This document shows, piece by piece, positions 1 to 64,000 of a stretch of DNA of 64,000 bases (position 1 is the first letter of the stretch; the number at the start of each line of letters is the position of its first letter). The DNA is taken from NCBI GenBank assembly GCA_964016885.1, contig OZ024741.1, positions 162,316,001 through 162,380,000 on the forward strand, given 5' to 3'. A model generated the notes under the pieces. That model worked only from the letters and a program-made list of their open reading frames with translations, made no database searches and had not been told where the DNA came from. The DNA is from Eledone cirrhosa. Taxonomy: Eukaryota. The position numbers were made by a program, and so were the translations under genes.

Positions 1-1053
1 GTTCTCATTTTGTAAATTGAGGTCACAGTTTCAACGTTAAAAGACTTCACGAACCTAATTGTCTGTTTGAATTTCTGAATGTTCCTCTTGTATGAGTATT
101 TCTATGTATATTGCAATAGTTTTAACTGCCTACATATTTATTTAACTGATGTCAGATGCTGCTCTTACGTTTGTATTATTGGAGAGAGGCGATTACTTAG
201 AGTGTTTGATAACTTATATAATAGATGTTGACAAAAAGGAGAAAAGGGAGTACTCAATACTGAAAATAGAATTATATATTATTTTGTATTAGAAGGTGAA
301 ACGTCCCAGATCGATCGGATCTTCAGGCAATGATCGTCCGAACATCGGAACCGAGAAACTCAGTAACGAATTGTGACATTTCAGCTTCCAATAATGCGCA
401 CGCGCGCGCACACACACACTCACTCACACAAACCATTAATATAGCAAAACGTAGATTTCTTAATTTATATGATTTTTCACATATCCCCGCTAATCCTAGT
501 ATATATGGCACACCCATCCTGCATCCATAAATTAATCATTGAACGCTATTGCCATCATTATTGACGGCACTAAGTACGTAGTTTCTTAAGATTCCTGCTT
601 TAGTATAACCAGAATGTTAATTATTGTTGGTATTCTCTATTCCTCTCAAAGATCCCGAAGCAGAAAGTAAAAACACAGATTTGCAATATAAGCATTCTCT
701 CTCTCTCTTATATATATACACACACACACATATATCTTCCATGTTTGTTCTCATTTCCACAGCAAACATTCTTTCTTTATTAATTAACCTAGATGAGCAT
801 CTTTCTATTGCTTCTTATAGCCGGCTGAAAGTATAACAAGTTTCGCTATAAAGTGATTTGACCTGTTTGAAGAGCTGTCTTTTGGCCCTGTACTGCACTC
901 GTTTCAACTTATTCGAGGGGGTAACTTTTGAGAGGAGAGATACTATAGAGTCTAATGTGTCTCGTGTCTGATTTAGATTTGTGGAGAAATGAAGAGATAA
1001 TAACTTATGATTTACATGCATATGTTTATATATATATACAACAAGGCAAGTAA

Positions 1054-1200
1054 GGCGGCAAATTGGTTGTTAAACGTCGGGTAGAATGCTTTGTGGTATT
1101 CATTCCAGCTCTCTGCACTCTTGAGTTCAAAACCTGACGAGGCCAACTTTGCCTTTCATTTTATCTAGGTCAGTAAAAGAAAAGTAGTTGTTCAGTACGG
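1054..1200 (+). mobile_element. Diverged family A SINE
   Basis: GAGTTCAAAACCTGACGAGGCCAACTTTGCCTTTCAT core. Similar old copies at about 4290-4410 (+), 4170-4260 (-), 30510-30750 (+, two), 45740-45920 (+), 54820-54950 (+) and 61400-61610 (+, two). Confidence 0.7.
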
Positions 1201-1479
1201 TGTCAGTTTCTCTCTCTCTCTCTCTCTCTCTAAAACACATTGAATAATGTACTATGAAAGAAAAGAATACCTTTCATCGTAGGTCTGCTCACGATGACGG
1301 CCAGCCTAGGACGTGTCGAAATCAAAGGTGAAAAAAAACAACACTTCAGCTAGCGAAAGTTTTTACATTATGCGAGTTAATGTGCGCACCTGCATGAGTT
1401 TCTGGCTTATAACCCCCCCCCCCCCCTCTAGGGGTCTACACCCATGAATGGCGCATATTTGGAGTGGAAACATAGAATG

Positions 1480-1650
1480 TACCTCTGTCACTTTCGACGA
1501 TAAGTGTTCCAGTTGTTCGATCAACGGAACAACCTGCTGGTGAAATTAAGATTTAAGTGGTTGATCATTCTACAGATACGCGTTCCCTTAACATAATCAG
1601 CAGGGTCATTTAGCATGACAGTGTGGCAGGGCTGAATTCCACTCACAAGG
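1480..1650 (+). repeat. Dispersed repeat (family C); other copies at about 3200-3385 (-) and 46885-47030 (+)
   Basis: Shared GTGAAATTAA...ACAGA.ACG.GT.CCCT.AAC.TAAT...CAGC.TGACA.AG.GTG.CA.GGCTG motif. Confidence 0.65.
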
Positions 1651-2305
1651 TATGGGTCGACGTGAGGTTATGGTAAATGACAGTTGCCCAAGATGACATG
1701 CAGTCGAATCGAACTTGGGACCTAGTGAATACAAAGTAAAATTCTTAAGCATTCGGCTATGCTTCGTCCACTATCCGAAATGTAAACATAACTACTGTGG
1801 AATTAGCCAGCGCGTGGGACCCCATTTGCTAATAATAGTAAGAGATGGGGAGGACGGGAAAGACAGAGGCGATGGCAGTTTGGTTCCTCTGTGTTCGGAC
1901 CTGGTGTACATGTGTGTGTAATTTTACACTTATTTTCGGGAGTGATGTAACCAAAAGAAAACAGGAAGATTAAACGTTGTAACATAAGCGGGCTTCCGTA
2001 GAGTAAAATGCCGAGTACTGTGGTTAAGTCAACCGTCTCAAGATTGGTGACTTTGTACCAAAGTTTGACTACAACGTCTTTGGTAATTTAATGTCTTAAA
2101 CTTCTACTACTGCAACTAATGTTGATTACTGATTTTGGTCGTTTATTGCTTCGGTGCGTACATTCATTGCTAATTGAATTTCGCTGAAAATTAAATACTT
2201 GGTGTCTGAGTGGAACGAAATGATGATCAAGCTGAAGTTTGGTTGAACCTAAAGTTGAAGCCAAAGGTGAAATTTGAAAAACACTACAATTAACGAAAAG
2301 GCATG

Positions 2306-2350
<45 letters not shown>

Positions 2351-4510
2351 AAGTAAGCATTTCCAGAGGTGTTTTCAAAATTCAACAACTTTATTGTGAG
2401 GAAACCTATCTTAGATTTTCAACAGCCTAATTATATTCCTGAAGAAATTATAATATGTCATCTAATACACCAGACTTCTTAGTACATGAAGATCAATTCG
2501 CCGAATAAACACACGCACGTATGTATAACTACATCTATATGGGACTTGCTTAGACACCGACATTTATTGGAAAGCAAACGATAATCCGTTCTTGTAGGAA
2601 ACGGCAATAAGACGCATAACAAAAGCGCCGAGAAATAATCCAAATCCGCTTGTAACTCGTAGTATTGTTGTTTAAATAAGTTACTTCTTATTGGTCGGTT
2701 TTCTAATCCTCTTGATCAAGATTACGTCGCACAATATGAGATCCATCATCTATTTAAAGCCTCTATTTATATCAGAGTCGATTATATCCTACATAAGCTC
2801 ACGCTATCTAGTTCAACAGTGTCGAAATAGTGTCTTCCTTTATCTATTAACTAACTTTATTAATTGCAGAATTTCGGAATTTTGTCAAATTCCTCTCCCG
2901 TTTTTAATCTTTTACAAACAGACTCAGTTTACTAAAACAACAGACGTAATTTATTTCGTTTATTTACTTAAATATGTTGTGTTCATTTTTCATTGCAATA
3001 TTAAAGAATTTCTATATCATAAATTAATATATTTTCTCTGTCTGATTCGAAACATTATGAATTTAATATATCCGATATTCGTTATCAATACGAGAAATAT
3101 TTTATGAAAAATACTTATAAACGAGAGAGACTTTGGTTAGGTAAGTTTGATATATAGTGAGTGAAATTGGGAAACTGTATGGAAGCCCACTGAATGAACT
3201 GAACCTGTATTCAAAGGACCAGTATTGTCACACACTCTACTACGTCGAATCTCTCCTAGAATTACGTTAAAGATACGCATGTCTGTGGGATAATGTTCAG
3301 ACTTTTACACGTAAATTTCATGAGCAGCTTGTTCTGTTGATTGAACTGGAATATTCGTGGTCGAAACCGACGGAGGCCCGCCAATCCGATATATGTATGA
3401 AGTATAACACATATTGATAAATAGATATAAAAAGAAAGTTAATCAGAGTCCAGTTGCCTGAAAGTTAATCAGCGTCCAATTTCTCTGATTAACGCCTAAG
3501 TAGATTAAAACTTAGCAACTAGCTATTCACAGCGTTTATTTTAGACTTCCGTGTGTTATTTGCGTTACTGTAGGTTAAGGAAACTTGATTTACGTGTAGG
3601 TAGGTATGATTGTAATAATTCTATTCTTAAATATTCACAAATGTAGATACATTAGTTGTCTATACAAGACACCGATTAATACTTTTTAAGCCTTTCTATT
3701 TTTGTTTTTGGATGCAAAAATTGATAGATTGAAATAGAATATAGTAAATCCACGAACCATAAATTTGCACCCAGTTAGAAATATTCCTTGGGTTAAATCT
3801 TCGAGTTGAGTCTTTCACCGTCTTTTGTCTCTTCACCCTGCCATAGTCTGATGATAAATATAATCTTTAGTAACATGACAGAGCTAACAAAAATAAAATA
3901 AAATATACAGTGAATAAATAAAAGCGTACAAAGTAATTGAAATGAAAATTGAAATCTAGTCGGATCTATTATCGCTCCAGTTGCATGAAACCATCTCTGG
4001 TTCTACAATTCAAAGTTGTTTATTTTAAAGGGCTTATATTTATCTAATAACCTCGCGTCATAATTTTATGTAAGAACCTTTGTTTATTTCAAACTGTTTA
4101 TATTTATTTAAAAACCTTTCATCATTATCCTACGTAAGAAGTGAAAAAGAAATATAGACCAGTTTTGGACGAGTACTTTATTTATCGACCGTGAAATAAT
4201 GAAAATCAAATTTGACCTCTGTGCGATTTGAACTCAGGGTGCAGAGAGCCAGATGCATTTTTATACACTCGAAATCTGAGAGAGAGAGACGGCGAATTAG
4301 TTGTCATTAGAGCGTTGTATACACAGCGTTCTGAGTTCAAAATCCACGGAAGTCAACTTTGCTTTTTATCCTTCCGGGGTCGATAAATAAAGTAGCAGTC
4401 AAGTACTTGGTGTTCCCCTTTTTCTTTTTGTTTCTCTGTAAGAATGATTGAGGATTGACACTCCCATTGTCCCTGTGACATTGAACTTAGGATTACATAT
4501 GGGAGCTTAC

Positions 4511-4531
4511 CTTTCCATTTGCGTTCGCCAT
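4511..4531 (-). CDS. Candidate first coding exon of a divergently transcribed gene (MANANGK), product unknown
   Basis: Minus strand reads TAA AGT ATG GCG AAC GCA AAT GGA AAG/gtaagc: in-frame upstream stop and consensus donor; possible acceptor ctttctgccttcttag ending at 4702. No homology recognised. Confidence 0.4.
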
Positions 4532-4945
4532 ACTTTAAGCTTCATAATAATTTGTTTACACATAAGACCAGAGAAGGTGGATGAGACTACGTCTTCCTTT
4601 GTTTTCTCAAGGGCATTAAATTAACTTTTAGTGGAAATAGAATTTACATTTCGAACACACCTGGGTAGACCTCTCGCTTTCTTTCTTAAGCTGCACTGTG
4701 ACTAAGAAGGCAGAAAGTATTTATCATTTAGATATAGTCAATGATATTTAAAGTGTCTGTCTATCACATCAACAATGCAAAAAGATCCGATAACATAGCT
4801 TGCCCCAATACACATAAATCTGCTGATATTTGTATAATAAATACAACGAAGTGAAACAAATAAAAAAAACTTCTTGCAGCTTAGTTACATAATACTGATA
4901 ATACTGACGTTGTTATGATAGTGATCACTCGCTACCTTCTTAATT

Positions 4946-6346
4946 GACCGCCATCTGTTGACAGCTAAATTAATGACACGGTATATATGTATATAGTCTT
5001 CTCGAACCCCTAAACTGCCATGGCCTACTCTGTTTACATTCATCATTTACCCTGTTTACATTCAGCATCAGTAGAGTGGGAGTCTAACAGCTATAATCAG
5101 CCTCGTCCTGATGTAGTAAATATTAATTAATATAAATATATATTTTTTAACTAAGCAGAAAGCCAAGTCTTCTCTACACCTCCTCCCCCACAGTCATTTA
5201 TATATATGTAAATAGGCGTGTATGTATGTATGTGCGTGTATGTATGTATATTTATGTATAAGTATATATATATATATGCATATAAATATATGTATGTATG
5301 TAATTATATGTGTATGTATATATATGTATGACTATATATATGAGTGTGTGATTGGATCAATTTATATTATTATTGGAATTAATGAAATAAACTACAAAAT
5401 AACGAAGAGTAGAGACTACTTATGGTTGGGTTTGAACTGAGAACCGTGAAAGACTAAAGTGAAATCCACCAAAACAGTCCGATGTTTTACTTGCTTCACC
5501 GCCCTAATTACTATAAAGATAAACAAATGCCATCGCGTGGGATAACAAATATAAATAATTGACGTCCTTAGCAAGAAGTGAGTTGTCATGTGTTTCAATC
5601 TATTTCAAAACAACTAACATTTTCAGATATTCATATCGAAATTATTAATAGGCAGACTAACTTGAATTTTAGATCTAGAAAAGTAAGATAACACAAGGAC
5701 TATATTTAACGAAATCGCTACTGCTACCACTTCATGTTTGCTTTGCTTATCGATTGAAAGTGTGTTTTTACTCTTGCTACTACTCGCGGATTGATAACTC
5801 AACTTGAAAGTTAAGTTATGACTATAACAATTGGAGTGATTAGGCTGTTGAAGTTAGCTCGCGCAATTATACATGTTATTGTGCCAATTAATAGTTCTAC
5901 AAGATGGCGGTCGGTCGTTCTTTTGTAGATTGTGAGATGGAACCATGAGGTTCGATTCTTTCAGCTGTTTCATCTAAATACTCCGGATATAAAACTACAG
6001 ATTAATATATTATCGAAAGAAAGAAGTTGGTAGATTTTCTTCGTAATAATTTAATTAAAAAAAAATTTTTATTCTTCGTTACTTCGTATACATTCGCCAC
6101 CTCCGCCGCACTCAGTTCAAACAGAAAGAAATACGAGATTAATATATAGACTATATGTAGCGTCTTTTTAAACAAAAATTTACATTATATATTTCACACG
6201 CATATAAACGGAAGTTTCCATATATACACAATCAGTGCAGCCTTTATTAGTTACAAATATTCTCACGTACATATCTACCCGTTTCTAACCTAAATCATAT
6301 TCGAGATAAAAAAGAAAGGAGGGAGAAAGAGAGTTTTTACCTCCCA
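4946..6346. promoter_or_regulatory. Probable (bidirectional) promoter and kinase 5'UTR
   Basis: CpG retained; YY1-type AGATGGCGGTC at 5902-5912 (+) and 4946-4956 (-); CTCGCG elements near 5783 and 5859; ETS-type CGGAAGT near 6209; tandem forkhead-type TGTTTAC near 5031 and 5053. Confidence 0.6.
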
Positions 6347-62780
<56,434 letters not shown>

Positions 62781-63188
62781 ACCTGACACAAAAAAGATCT
62801 CGAGTCAATCTTTTCCAAACACCAAATAGCCTCTACATCCTTCAATTTGGGTTATGACAAGTTCCTTTTTAAAATTTATAAACAGGTTAAATACTATGAA
62901 ATTTGTCCACCTGTTTCTCTTCTGAAACAGAAGAATCTCTCAAAATCTTTCTTTCAAAGCCACAACAAAAAATAAGAAAAAAATGTTGCCCAAAACACTT
63001 GGATTCATCTTTTCATCAGTCAAATAGCGGCTGTTGGTGGCAGGGGCCAAGCCAGTGTTTGAATAGGAACCCCTTTTATTTAAAAGTTGGTTTTAGTTAT
63101 TTAAAAGAATTTTCTTTTGTAAACAGATATGCATACTAAACGTGTGTATAAACGATTAGTATGTAATGATTTTAAATTTGAAGTGGAA

Positions 63189-63217
63189 AATAAACATGTT
63201 TACCTCTTCTAAATAAA
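63189..63217 (+). terminator. Candidate polyadenylation signals (two AATAAA)
   Basis: AATAAA at 63189-63194 and 63212-63217, about 410 nt after the stop; the hexamer is common in AT-rich DNA. Confidence 0.35.
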
Positions 63218-64000
63218 GTCAGCTTGGAATATATTATATAAATCTATATAAATATAAAGGATCCCATGAGCATTAAAGTAGAAAAGTGAATTACTTTTCT
63301 CATATGAAAACTAAAAAAAAATGTAGCTGTTTGAAATTGTCTGTGATGAGGACTCACTTTCAAGCAGTGTTCAAAACTGACCTCTCTTTCTCTCTCCACT
63401 TTCTACTGTTTGAGGAGCAGAGTCCATAACTGATAGCCAGAAACTAAAAATACAACCTAATATTTTCATTGGTTTAACTTGTATATTTCTGGAAAAACCT
63501 ACCCTCTATTTGGCTGCCATCTTGGACAAACACGCCTGATGCTCTTTTGTGTCTACTATTCCATTTATTTTATTTTCATGCTGTGTACATAAAGGTGTAT
63601 CATATTCACTGGAAAGTATTCTACTGTAAATAGTATTAAAGTGTAGAGATTAAGGAGAAACTTACATATATTTGTTGTTGTCTTTCATTGTTCGTCTGCA
63701 TGTTTGAATTATACAGGGATGACCCAGAAATGGCTGTTTAATTCTTAAAAATTTTTCATACACACTGGATAAGTACTTAGTGTTTTAATTAATGGTAACC
63801 AAAAAGAGCTCTTAACTCTTGATAGTAAGCTACTGTTTTAAAGTGTTTTTATATATAAGGTCGGGGGAGGACTCTTCAGCTGTGTCAAAAGCATAACTTC
63901 CCGAGTGCTGATGCCACGATAAAATGCACTGAGTACAGGAACGTATATAAGTGAAATGTGGGTCCCCCCAGGCATTAAATGAACAAAGGAAGATGAAAAT

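Noticed and set aside
296-330. Hammerhead ribozyme (CTGAAGA on the minus strand near GAAAC)
   Set aside because: The CTGANGA and GAAA boxes lie on opposite strands, so the core cannot form.
1268-1340. Minus-strand exon with AG/gtat donor
   Set aside because: Resembles a dispersed repeat also seen near 6875-6920, so the splice-like signals are probably incidental.
2691-3107. 138-aa ORF
   Set aside because: Non-ATG start, AT-biased I/F/Y/L composition, no homology recognised.

Overview
AT-rich, microsatellite- and SINE-dense animal genomic DNA. The repeat families and gene style suggest a coleoid cephalopod (Octopus-like), which is an inference. The window holds one complete, plus-strand, 13-coding-exon gene (CDS 6347..62780, about 507 aa, all introns GT-AG and phase-compatible by manual splicing). 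It encodes the invertebrate GCKIII Ste20-like kinase (STK24/STK25/STK26, GckIII ortholog), with an N-terminal kinase domain and a C-terminal CCM3/PDCD10-dimerisation domain. The linker between these domains is built from small frame-preserving exons carrying an SH3-ligand-like motif and two HxRxxS (LATS/NDR consensus) motifs, one resembling the YAP S127/14-3-3 site. Two of these exons lie between near-identical inverted SINEs. Upstream is a probable bidirectional promoter with two mirror-image YY1-type motifs and a candidate first coding exon of a divergent gene. Introns contain tRNA-derived SINEs, several piggyBac-type (TTAA) MITEs, a hAT MITE with a perfect 8-bp TSD, a CRE-type retrotransposon endonuclease remnant, a 36-bp minisatellite and several hairpins. 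Most ORFs in the supplied track are spurious.
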